A DNA stretch of 64,000 nt from Yuukianura sp. NJ FZ-2021 (Eukaryota): contig CM102287.1 in the NCBI GenBank assembly GCA_046563655.1, positions 9,300,001 to 9,364,000 on the forward strand. Reading direction: 5' to 3'. Within the stretch, counting starts at the first letter, position 1. Each line of letters starts with the position of its first letter. The translations under genes and the position numbers were made by a program. The notes under the pieces were generated by a model. That model saw nothing but the letters and a program-made list of their open reading frames with translations. It searched no databases and had not been told where the DNA came from. Of this stretch, positions 19,078 to 30,818 are shown piece by piece.

Positions 19078-20008
19078 GCTCCTATCTACCACAGTTTAGC
19101 CAGCAACAAACAAAAGTAAGTGATGCTGATACTGAAATTGACACGAAGCACTCAACACAGTGGAAATTGACAAAAAACAGTCAGGATGACGAAAGTCTAA
19201 CTGCTGTTGCTGTGAAACGCCCACTTGGATCCATCCAGAACCAAGAACATGCAAAAATAATTTCCTCTGCACACAAACCGAAACGACGAAAACCTCAACC
19301 TCTTAACAGGCCATGCCCGTAATGCTTTCTATTTCTCGACTTTATTGTACAGTTCTCGATTTTGGAGGGAAAAGCGTTTTTTTAGATAAGGAAAAAAGAG
19401 ATAATAAAAAAAAATTTGGAGGAAACTTTTCCCTCCAAAATTTTTTAAAATCTAAAAATTCTATGTGGGGTGACCCCCAAGGAGGTAATTTTTTCGTACG
19501 TCAACAAAGTCGAGAAATAGAATTTACAGGATAATTTTCGGTGCAGTTCATATTCATAGCACGTAGCTAAGAATATGAACTTCTTCCAACTGCTATGCAT
19601 GAATAGAGCGTCCAAAAGCACTTTGGTGCTTCCAATTTTCTTTTTTTGTAAACTCATTTTTCGTGTTTTTTTGAGCATGTTAAAAAATTCAAGGGCAAAC
19701 ACAAAAATTGTGGAGTAAAGAAGGAGGGGAAGAAAGGAAACACTTTGTTCCGCTTTTCTTGTTTTTTAACTTTCTTGACTTGTGTGGTTCCAAAAATAGC
19801 AGAAAATGCAAAACTTCAAAAAAAACTGTTTGCAGAAAATATTAGTTCATGTGTTTGTAAAGGCGTTTCAAAGTCGCAAAAGTCCAAAGTAAGATACGGT
19901 TAGTGTTATTACAGGAGTTTGAAATTTCCAGCCAAAAGTTTAATTTTTTCAATTAAACCGAAACATTTTTGTTTCTGATTTGATTAGTAGTTTTTGATTA
20001 AAAAAAAT

Positions 20009-23000
20009 CTAAAGACAGTTATCTCCAGAGGCGCCATCTTTTGACTCACAAGTGATTTGCGTAGCTGAGAGTCCAGGCGGCGTGTAAAATGCTAGAGCAC
20101 GCCTCGTAGTGTCATAGTAGTCGTAGACAGAAACGTAAGCTGGTGCGGGGTCAGCGACCTTGAAAACCCTAACGGCTGGGACGACAAGGCAGCGTTTAAT
20201 GGAATCCAAGTAGTCAAAGTAGATGTTGAGCCTGGTGGCGCCCTCGTCAAGGTCAGTTCGTTTCACTCCCGGGCCAACTTGCACTCCAACTACTTCTTCC
20301 CGCTCAAAAACATAGCCAGACGGCAGGTTAACTTCAACCACGGCCATGTTCGACTCTTTCTTCTTCCCCTCAGCTGACTCATAGGTCGCGCAAATAATCA
20401 ATTTCAAGCTGCCCTTGACCTCTCCTTCCTCAACCTGAAACAAAAACTTATGTTAGGTAAGCTCTTATTGTCAAGGTTAGCCAACTTTAGGTCAGCTGGG
20501 ACTATAAGTTAGCTAACTTTAGGTCAGCTGGGACTATAAGTGAGCTAACTAGCTAGTTAGACCTACCTTGACATCGATTGCAAACGCTGGCGAGCTGGAC
20601 TCGTTTTCAACGTAGTACGACCAGCTGAGCTGGACAAGTGCTGACCCCTTTCCGTTGGCCTCAAACGTCACACTGTTCGTCGAGCTAGGCAGCTGTACTT
20701 CTTGCAGCACCATTGCATTGTTTGCGTTGACCTCGAACTTAGTTTGACCAGCTTCGATCGCTAGGTCAACATCACTGGAATATGTAGCTAAAGCAAACTT
20801 AGCTAGTGCGTCCAACCCAACCACCGTGTCCTGCGTTGAGATAAATCCACCTTCAGCGTTCCGCTGAGTCAGCAACCACTTTCCAGTGTTCAAAGCCTTG
20901 TCTAAATCGCCGTCCTTTAGGTATGTCAAAAGAGAATAAGCTGTCATTTCCACTGCGAGTGGCTTGGTCGACGGTTCCCAGCGAGCTTGCGATCGGTTGC
21001 TGTCCTTTGGTGGTTCCCAGTAGGTCAAACCACCTTCTCTTGTCGCAAGCTTCTCCAGCTGATCTTGGAAAGATTGTTTTAGGGTAGAATTGGCCGCTTG
21101 GAGAGCATAGGTTAACAAGGTTAGCGAGTAAACTCCAAGCTCCTCCGGCTTCGCAGTGGTCAAGTATGCTAACCCTTTGGATATTACTGCGTCAAAGTTG
21201 ACTTTTGGAAAATCAAATTCCGTTCCAGTATTGGCCTCAAAGAAAGCCAAAAGCACATAGGCTGTCAAGGAGTAGTCGTCAGTGGCGCCCCCTTTCATCT
21301 CAGAATGTAAAACTCGACCATGCTCGGCAAAACTACCATTTTCATGCTGTTTCCCGCTCAAAAATGTTAGAGCTTTTCCGATCACAGCTTTGTCCACGGT
21401 GATATGTGGTTGGGCAGCTACGAATGATCGGACGACAAATGCCGTTAGCCAAGTGGAACCGTGGGAGTCGGATTTGCCAAACGCCGAAAACGAACCGTCG
21501 TCGTGCCGGTAGTTCAGCTCGCGCTGGTAGCCACTTTCTAGAAACTGCGTTGCTTTGGTCTTAATGTCGTCTGTTAACTTTCCAACTGCTTTCAAATATT
21601 CCAAAATGACGATATCAGGAACGAAGGTCACCATGTTTTGCTCACCACCTAGGAAATTTCAAAATTTTGAAAAAAGAAAAGTAGTGGGACTTAGAATTTG
21701 TGAAATATTTGAGAAATTTAAATCGAAATGTGTAAAATTTCTTACATCCGTAAGGCATTTTCAAAAGTTTGTCCAAATTTTTGACACTTGAGCCCAGGAG
21801 GTCAGAAATAACGGAAATCTTGACCTTGTCAGCGCCATCTACTCTCTGCGGTGGAAATTCTGTCGTAAGTGTTTCTGTCGCAGTATTTTGTTGACGCAAG
21901 TCAAGTAAAACTGCTTTGTTGCGTTCTTGTTTCTGCCCTGGCGGTTTCACAATCAAAGTTTGACTAACAGCGTCAGCCGCCACGGCGCATGTCACCGTTG
22001 CATCTAATTTCATTACACCAAATTTTGTTGGCTGGATGACCATCGTCACTGATTTGACCTCGCTCGGTTCCAGGTCAATCTCTTCCGTCACAAAATCAAT
22101 CGATTTGTTCCTTGCATTGTAAAATTCAAACATTCCCTCCTGATTTTTGAGTGTGACTGATGCTGTGACCTTGACTTCCAAATAATTGTGAACAAGAATC
22201 TGAAGTCCAAAGATTTCTCCTTTTACAATTGAATAAGGTTTGTTCAACGTTAGAAAAAATGGTCGGAATGTTTTCAAGGTCAATGACCTCGGTAAAACTC
22301 CGATACCGGTTTCGGTATTCAAAGCATAGCCGCTGATGACCCAGGAAGTTAGGGTATCCGGTACGACTCGTTCTAACGTCGTTTCTGATTGGTTCGTTTG
22401 AATCTCGTCCCAAATCCAGGTTTCGGGAAACTCTTTCCGGACTTTGAGAACTTTCGGTTCCCGGTTTCCGGTTTGCTTTCGGTTGTAAGCTCGCGGTGCC
22501 GGAACTGAATCCTGATCCATTTCATCTTCGGAAACTTCCTCGGCCATGTCGTATTCTACCATCTCTTCCTCCATTACAGTTGTAGTTTTTGTATGTTTGA
22601 CACGGTATCCTGTTCTAGACCAAGGTCGTGAACGAATTTTTTCCCGCTCCAAATTTGAATTTGTGAAAATCACAACTCCCGTTTCATCAAAAGTTTGAAA
22701 AGTACTGGATCCACCGCGCAGTCGATTCGTGTCAGCTGGCGGCAGAAATTCTCTCAGCTCGGATTCAATTACAGCTGAAGTTATGTCTTTGTCCGGCTTC
22801 AGAATCAACACAGACTGGTCCACTCCGCGTAGAAGTACAAGCGATCCGGCATTAGTTTTTAGGGCAAGAGAAACTTTGTCGCCCGGTTCAGCCTGAGATT
22901 TAGACAGTTGCAGGCTGAGGAAATTGTCAAAGTAGTTGGTCACTGTAATCTCAACTGACTCTGCGACAACTTCTAAGCTAGGTTTCAAAATTGTGTAGAC

Positions 23001-24662
23001 CAAAATCTGAGCTGTTGGGCCAGCCAAGCTGACTACTGGAATTGACACGTTGTGGACCATAGTGGGGTCAAAGGTCAAATATTGTGACGAAACGACTTGA
23101 CCTCTACCGTAAAGTAGAACAGTTAAAGATGACATGATCTTGGTAGACCTCACTTCCAGCTGTAGCTGCGATCCAGCTGCGACAGTGGTCGAACTTAGGC
23201 TGAGGTCCATGTAGGACCTAGTTGGAGAGATATGGCGACTGGGCGAGTAGAATTGGACAGTTTGACCTTTGTAGGTCACCTGAACTTGGGCTAGAGCCAT
23301 GCGCTCATTGGTCGGCATTTTTGGAATTATAAAAGAAGCGATCCCATTGGTCGGCAGTGATGAGAACATAAATTCCTCTTCAGCTAGACATGCAAACCCA
23401 TGGCGAAACTCAACAGCTGATGAGTTGGAATCTGCAATCGGATAGCCATCTTGTGTCGAAATTTTGAATTTAAAGGTAAACGGCAACCCCGGTTTGAATT
23501 TCCCGCTTGGCTGAAACTGTTCGATTTTGTGCGGATAGCGGTAAGCTCGAACCGTGACCGAGCTTGCGTTGACCTTGCGACCCGTTAGACCTTCCGTGAC
23601 GGTAGCACTGATTTCATATGATTTTTCACTGTACAGCTTATTCCCGCGTTCAATGTCCGTCTGTACGTCAACTTCAAAAAAGGCAGAGCCATCTAGCGGT
23701 GCCGTTTTTGTGATCCGTTTCGGTTCTCGATTGCTCCAACGTCCAAGGACTTCAGAAATTTGAATTTGACATTCTCCCGCCATTTTCTTACCGAACGTAT
23801 AAGCTGCACGGACTTCCATGACAAATTTCAGTTCGTCAAATGTTATATAAGGAGGCGGCAAAATGTCAACTTTGAATTTAGGCAAAACGTACTCTTCAAT
23901 GGTAAAGACGTGACTGGTCACCTGATTATTCACTTTAGCCTCCAACTTCCAATCACCTTGAACCGGTTCTTGAGACAACTTCAATTCAGACCGAAAAAGC
24001 CCGCCAACAATTTTCTGTTCCGTCAAAATTTTGATAACATTTTGCTGAGCGTCGGTAATCGTAACATCTACGGTTTGATTCGATAGAGGGCGCAGTTTCG
24101 GATCGAGGAGCAAAATCCGGTACTTTACCGTTTCGCCGGGTTTGTAAATGACCTTGTCTGATTGGACGAGAAGTGACTGTGTTTTGGTCACTTTGTCCCT
24201 GACGACCATGTTGAAGTCTTCAAAAACCGTTCCGGAGGAGTCGACAGCCGTCATCGTAAGGTTGTACCGAACAATGTTTCCCGGTAAATCCGGAATTTGT
24301 ATTCCGACGGTTCCGGATTCTCCGGGTTGAAACGATACCGACTCGGATGAAGCAAGTACCGTTGCGTTGACTGGCACGAGAGTCGGTTCGGAATAGTCGT
24401 AGTCCGTTACATTGTCATTTTCTACTGGAAGTGGCTTTTCGCTGTACAATTCGTAACTTTTTAGGTGAAACTGAAAAGTTAGTTGCGATTGGGCAGAAGG
24501 TTCAACAAAAATAGTAACGTTGTACAAAGAATTTGAATGCAGACGTTTGGCTCCGATGGCACTGAAAACTTGTACTGGCGGTGGATCGATTCCTTCCGTC
24601 GTCACAAATTTTAGAACAGTTACACACAAGCAAACTACCAAAAATGTAACTTTTGAAAACAT
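20009..24662 (-). CDS. Thioester-containing protein (iTEP/CD109-like, alpha-2-macroglobulin superfamily), 3 exons
   Basis: Signal peptide, QSDKVIYKPGETV, EEYVLPKF and KEFPETWIW. The thioester PYG-C-GEQNM is restored by splicing out 21649-21745. Also DGSFSAFG, STWLTAFV, GGFISTQDT, SNMAVVEVNLPSGY and VYDYY. Exons are 21746-24662, 20567-21648 and 20009-20434. Confidence 0.95.
20476..20550. repeat. 32-bp tandem repeat (2.3 copies) in a TEP intron
   Basis: GTTAGC(C/T)AACTTTAGGTCAGCTGGGACTATAA occurs twice, followed by a partial third copy. Confidence 0.85.
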
Positions 24663-25071
24663 TTTGATTTTTCTTTTTGAAATTGTGCTAGTTATGCTTA
24701 AGCATGTCCAGATCAGTGTCTAAAACTGGACTGATTTTAATTTTGTACCAAATTGGGACAAATTGCTAAAACTTTGAACTTGTTGACTCAAGTCAAATCA
24801 GGATTTTCTGACCTGTTAAACACAATTGTAATCAAAGGTCACGATTATTGAACACAAAGGTCATCAAGGTCACGGTTGACGATGTCTGGGTTTTCTTGTT
24901 TTGCCAAAAAGTAAAAATTGACGTTCTTTTTTGTTTTGACAATTTCCAAGAAAAGTTATGATAAGGAGAAGTCTAGATGTTGCCTAACCGTGACCTCAAT
25001 TTTTAGAATTTAATGCACTAACTTACAATTAATCTTTGAAAAACAAGTGATAAACAGTTGAAAAAGTCATT

Positions 25072-26058
25072 TTATTGTTTTCGTCTCGAATTTTCGATGC
25101 AGGACACAGTAAAATCGTTTTTCAAATTTCGTTTTTTGAGGATATATGACATTCCAGTTGTTTTTACTCTGGGACACACAGACTTCTTAAAATTTGCAGC
25201 ACTCCAGTGTTCTGTGTACTCCACAACAAATACAGGCTTCGACTGTGGTTTGGCTTTGATGAAAATGTCAAATTTGTCACACTCTTTGTACTGCACACAT
25301 TGCTGAAATTCAAAAAAAAGTGCAAAATCATTGGTTTTCTCAAATTTTGTGTTTTTGTGTAGTACTTACTTCAGAAACGACGAAATCTGCAGAAGAAAGT
25401 AAATCTTGTGCTTGAGCTCCTCCATTTTTGAGTCCAGCCATCATGCCCCTTTTTCGAATTGCTGCTAAAATTCGCTTGTTGTAAGTAATTTGCTGGTTTT
25501 TTGAAATTTTGAATCCGGAGTCATTAGAATAGACGTCCATGTTGTCAGGGTCAATGCCCTCACACCCTTTCTTCGCAGCAAGGTCAAATCGTGCTTCCAT
25601 GATCGGCAGAAGAGTGTCAACTGCTCTTACGTCAAGCCAATTCTCTCCGGGCCAACCTGAGTAGTTTTTGCCGATCACTGATTTTGGAAATTTTGATTTA
25701 TCTGGACGCCACTCTTCATAACTTCCCTGTTAGTACAAAGAGAAATTTCAGAAAATTAGTTTCATGATGCCCAAAGTTTAGTTTTTGGATTATTTTCTCC
25801 CAATTTTTGAAATTTTCTATGAAAACTTACTACACTGACGTAACAAATGACGGTTTTCTTCTGGTTTTTCAAAGTCCGAACTCTGCTTTGACTAATTTCG
25901 TAATCCAAAAATACCACGGAACTTTTGGTACTAAAATTAGTATTTTCGGCCAACAAGTAATCAAATGAAAATGGACCATGTGATGTGAATTTGTCTCCGA
26001 AACAAAAAGTTTTCATAAAAATGAAAAATGAAAAAATGACGAAAATTTTAAAAGCCAT
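25072..26058 (-). CDS. Secreted glycoside hydrolase family 114 (endo-alpha-1,4-galactosaminidase-like), 3 exons
   Basis: Spliced protein: signal peptide..VICYVSV|GSYEEWRPD..GWPGENWLDVR..RFDLAAKKGCEGIDPDNMD..GLKN..VSE|QCVQYKEC..KPVFVVEY, which are GH114 hallmark motifs. Exons are 25831-26058, 25370-25726 and 25072-25302. Confidence 0.85.
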
Positions 26059-26434
26059 TTTTGAGAAGTTACTAGAACTTTAGGACGTGACTGCGTTTCA
26101 AAAATTTGTCAATTTGGAGAATGTAATGATGCTCTTTATACACTTTTGTCAAAAGCGAGTCAAATTTCTTGTTTGTGCAAAAACTTTTGTCGTTTTTGTG
26201 CAATGTCACGTAAATACATTGCTACCTTGAATTTGATGAATGGACTATAGAATTCTTTTCTGCAGAAGCTCATGAATCATTTAAACTTTCTGATGTAATT
26301 GCTGGAAAGCATCAAACTACAGAGTAACATAAAGTAAATGCAACAATGATAGCTAAATTTTGACTGGTTTTAATTTATTATCAACAGGAACAACATTTAA
26401 AATGAACAGAAGCTGCTGATTGGTTGGAACATTT

Positions 26435-29400
26435 TTAGAACAAGTGAAAGTTGGTAATTTTCTTCCATGCTTTGACTAGCGGCGACTCGTAGCGTTGGCG
26501 TTTGAACGAAGCTTGTTTTGCACCTACTCCAACCTGAACAAAACGAGAATGGAAATTTTAAAAACTTTGAAAACATTCTATCTTTCAAAAAAAATTGTGA
26601 ATTTTGAAATTACTTACCACAAAAGTTCTGGTCGTTCCGTCATATGGAACTGGTTCCATCAAGTACGGTTTGTAGAAGCCATAATGACGAATGCGGTACG
26701 TTCCTGGTGGAGTGTTGGCATCAGTTTTCCATGTAATTTCTACTTGGCTGTCCAATCCAATGCGACCAAGCGGACGAGACCACTCGATTCTAAAATTTTG
26801 AAGACAAAATAAAACTCAAATTTTGAATTTTGGCACAATTTTTCAAAAAAAAAAGGAGATATTTAGTTACTTGGTACTCCAATCAGCATCGGTAGCCACC
26901 ACTTCCCAAGACCCCGCTCCGCCCAATCGCTCCACAGTGAGGTAGCTGCCTTCGCTCATCGGATTATTTCGTAAGTGTCCGGAAATAAATACGGCCGACA
27001 CGGTTTCTCCTAGAATGTAGGATTCCAGTGGCTCCGCTTTGACTTGACCGAAAGCATAACCCACCGGAGGCAAGTCAACAACGACTGACCCTAGCAGGGA
27101 AATTTGGAGGTCCATCAAGTCAGGCGGATTCGGTCCAGGCAGGATTTCAGTTCCCTAACGAAAAGAAAATTCAAGAATTTTAGGATTTCTGAAGGGTTCT
27201 CTAAGAATTCTAGCGAATTCCCAAAGGATTCTCTGGGTATTCTCAAGGATTCTCTGGGAATTCTCAAGGATTCTCTGGCAATTCCAAAGAATTCTGACAA
27301 ATTCCCAAGGAATTCTCTGGGAGTTCTAAAAATTTGCTGGAAATTCGAAAGAATTTGATGGGAATTCTCTGGGAATTTTTAAGAATTCCCACACTTTAGT
27401 ATTTCCAGGTGATTGGCTAACCTGGATCATCTGTTCGGCAATACTTTTGTACTGGTGAATGTAAGCATCGAGTGTTCGCGGACCGTACATGGTTGAGGCG
27501 CCTTCGTACCTCTGAACCTGGTACTCTTCATACGTAGCGATGTAATGTGTATAGAGGTTGCTCAAACCGGCAATGATCACGATCGGTTCGGGATCGTTCG
27601 GTCCAAGAAGTTCCTGAATTCTGGCCTTGACGGCATCACGCATACGGCGACCGGACATGGTCGAAAGCTCTCCAGGAATTGCCAGGAAATAAAGATTTCC
27701 TACTCTGATGATTTGCGTTTCAACGATACTTGGCACCCAGTCGTACGGAAACGGAATTTCTCCGACATCCAGCAAAATTGGTTTCGGACTAAGAAAAATT
27801 TCATGTTAACTAAAAATTCGTCGAAGAATTTTCGACGAAGAAATATTCAAATTTAAAAGGTCAAAGGTCAAGCTCACGCATGGCATGCTTCTTGCTCTGG
27901 ACTTGGATTCTTGATGATGTCACGAACTTTGTCCCAGAATGGTGTTCCCTTCAATTCGTTTTGTATGAAATTGAAAAATCCCGGGCCGTCAATTGTTCCC
28001 GCTGCAAAGCTGTAACCGAGTGCCGCCGGGCATGTTTTTCCAACAACTTCCGTACCGGTTTCATCTGTGTACTTAAACTGCACAACAAATACAAGTTAGT
28101 ATGTCAATGTTAATCATGTTTACGTTATGTTGGTTAGGTTATTACATCAAAGCCGTTCATGTTGATTTGTTGGTGACCATGCTGAATTGGACCGGAGACG
28201 GGCGTGAATTGATCTTGACTGAGATGAAACAGTTTAAAAGCTTCGTCGTATTGTTTTTTCCCAATGATTTCGGCACTTTCGAAGTTGTCACCATAGTTTC
28301 CTGGACCGAACGCAATGCAATACTTGACTCGGGCAGCATTTTCATCATCTCCGCAAGTACTTGTTTCAACGTCACATTCTTGACCGGTCAAGGGCCCTCC
28401 GCGACACAGGGGCCCTTCGGTGTTTGGTGAAGCGTCACCTAGATTGGTCGAGGCGAAAGCAGCCACAAACGGACCCTTGCCTGGTCGGTACCCCGGATTC
28501 TTTTGAAGTTCGAACAGTTGAGCAGCATAGCCTTTGTTGTCTCCAGATACTAATCGGTTCGTGTTATTCATTGACGTAGGATGGACAGCAAACCTAACAA
28601 AGGTCAAAGGTCAAGTTTAAAAAAAAAGCTAGGCAAAAAATATGAGATTTTTTGACGTTACCAGTTGAAAGTTCCCAACTCTGCTCCATCGGCGGAATCA
28701 AAACGAATCAGAGTCATTTCCTTGTCGACGTCGTCGGTGTATCTGAAATCAGAGGATTAGTCAAAACGTAAATTTTTTTTCAGCGATGAAATTTTGGCGC
28801 TGCGCGTCGTGAAATTCTTACTGAGCGAGTTCGTCTGGTGGATTGTTGTTGTAGGAGTAGGGACTGCGATTGATGCTGGCATCCTCTATGCGGCCTTTGA
28901 CGACAGAAATTCTACCGAGCTGAATGCTGTAATGTGCTTTGCGAATACTCTGAACGATTCCTTGTACGATGGACTCAAAGTTGTCTTGATGGAATCCCAA
29001 ACTGACAAGTCCATACATAGCATCTAAAGTTACACAAAGTTGCATAAAAAGTTACATTCAAAGTGGGTGACCTTGTGTGACCTTTGACCTTACATTGAAT
29101 GTAACCTCCTGGTCCAGAGTGGGTGTGAGTGGCACTCAACACAACGTTTTTCAAAGTATAAAGATCACCGAACTCTTCTGCAAGTAGAGCTGTCACCTAT
29201 CAAACAAAATTTTGAAAAGTTCAAAAAAAAATGTAGAACAAGCTGAATAGTCCAATTTTTTTTTCAAAATTTGAATTTTGGTGCTCACTCGCTTCCGAAT
29301 GGCAGTGTCCATCATGCCGGCATCAACGCTAACAAAAGCCACACGTTCATTTCCATAAGCATTTTTGACTATAAACGTTCGGGCGAAGAGACGCGTGTGA

Positions 29401-29675
29401 AGGCCTTTGGCAATTTGACCCAGACTGGCATATCCCATCTGAAAAGTAGAACTTTCATAATTTTGAACTAAAAAAAGTTGAAAAAAGTTTCAAAATTTGT
29501 AAATTTTTGAGAATTTCAAAGTTTAAAGTCATACAAGTCCAAGCCCAGCTGGAACTCCAGTGACATCTCCAATTCCGACGCCAATTTCGTAGAGATCTCC
29601 TTGTGCCAAAACGCCTCCGAATCCCGCAATTCCGAGGATTAGAAACGCCCAAGCAGAAAAGCGGCCAGTACCCAT
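26435..29675 (-). CDS. CDase/ASAH2-like: Neutral ceramidase
   Basis: Signal peptide, GIGDVTG..MGYA, HTRLFARTF, SATHTHSGPGG, INRSP, VHPTSMNNTNRLVSGDNKGYA, GDASPN, ALGYSFAAGTIDGPG, PGELSTMSGRR, EEYQVQRYEGAST and PGTYRIRH. Confidence 0.95.
27170..27390. repeat. Degenerate 21-bp (10-11 bp subunit) GAATTC-rich minisatellite in a ceramidase intron
   Basis: AGGATTCTCTGGG(T/A)ATTCTCA repeated about three times almost perfectly, flanked by decayed copies. Confidence 0.8.
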
Positions 29676-30818
29676 CTTCGCTTGATTAAAAAACGAACTA
29701 ATTAGGTACAACTAATTAAAAATTAGTTGAAAATTAAGTTGTCCAGGAAGGTATATGTTCCCAAGTCCCCTCCACTGCAAAACTGGTCCACCTCTACTTG
29801 AAAATGGTGCAAAAGTTAATCTGGATATGATAACTTACCTGTTTCAAAGACAAGGTTATTCAGAAGTGGACTTTAATCGTAGTTAATGCTATAATCTCTG
29901 ACCTCCATGCCATCAGTATCCACTTCACTAAAGTTATCATTGTTTTTAATCTAACTTTAGCATCTCCAGATTCTGAAGTGGTGCAAAAACTGGTTTATCA
30001 AGTTGGAATTTTGGCTATTCTTCATAACTAATGAAACTTTGAAGAAGCACGAGTGTAGATGACGAAAGCAGAACTATTTTTATGATTTACCTGAGAAGAT
30101 ACGTACTGAAGTTATCGAAATTTTGAAAGCGTTGGCATTTTCACTTTCACTTCCTAAAAATTCCTTTCCTTGTCTTGCTGTTGCTTTCACTTTCGACTTC
30201 GCCTAGCTTTTTTTGAAATTTTTGGCTTTCTCCGTAACTTTACGAATCAATCAAGGTTGAATGGGTAGTATTTAAATATTGTTTGAATTTAATTAAATTT
30301 TTTAATTAATTACTTTAGTTTAATTAATTAGTTGGCTTGTTACTAAAAGTTTTCTTAATTAAAAGTAAAAAAGTAAATGAGATTTTTTTGAATGCCCGTC
30401 TATGCTTTTGAGTGAACCAGAATGTGGAGTGTGCCTTAAACGGACCGAAAAAACATTTTTTTCTTTTGTTTTGGTTTTTTATTTTTGCATTCTCCTTTTT
30501 CGTTTTTGCTAATTTTGAATTTTTGATTGCTCTTTCTTGTGTTAATCGATTAACGATATTGGGATACTCAATCCCATCTCCGTTACGACTTGAATACGGT
30601 AAGTCAGCGGCAACAGTCAAGAACATTTGTACAATCAGAGTCAGGGTGTCATCTCGTGGTAACAGGACAACTGTTGCTAGAGGTCAACTCGAGGTCACTC
30701 CTTTAATCACTTTCGTTTTCGGTTATCGAATTTCTAACTCCAGCAGTTTGTAATCCTACAGGTCACGCTCACGGACATTGGAGTCATATATTAGTACAGT
30801 TGATAGGACACAGGCAAC

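Noticed and set aside
21642..21745. TEP truncated at 1006 aa or lacking the thioester
   Set aside because: The ORF tail is intron sequence; GT-AG splicing restores GCGEQ and the reading frame.
27170..27390. CRISPR-like or coding repeat (ORFs 27104-27358, 27115-27300)
   Set aside because: It is a head-to-tail minisatellite without unique spacers, inside a eukaryotic intron.
30324..30753. ORFs of 100 and 113 aa
   Set aside because: Low-complexity A/T-tract translations in the probable promoter or 5' UTR region of the orphan gene.
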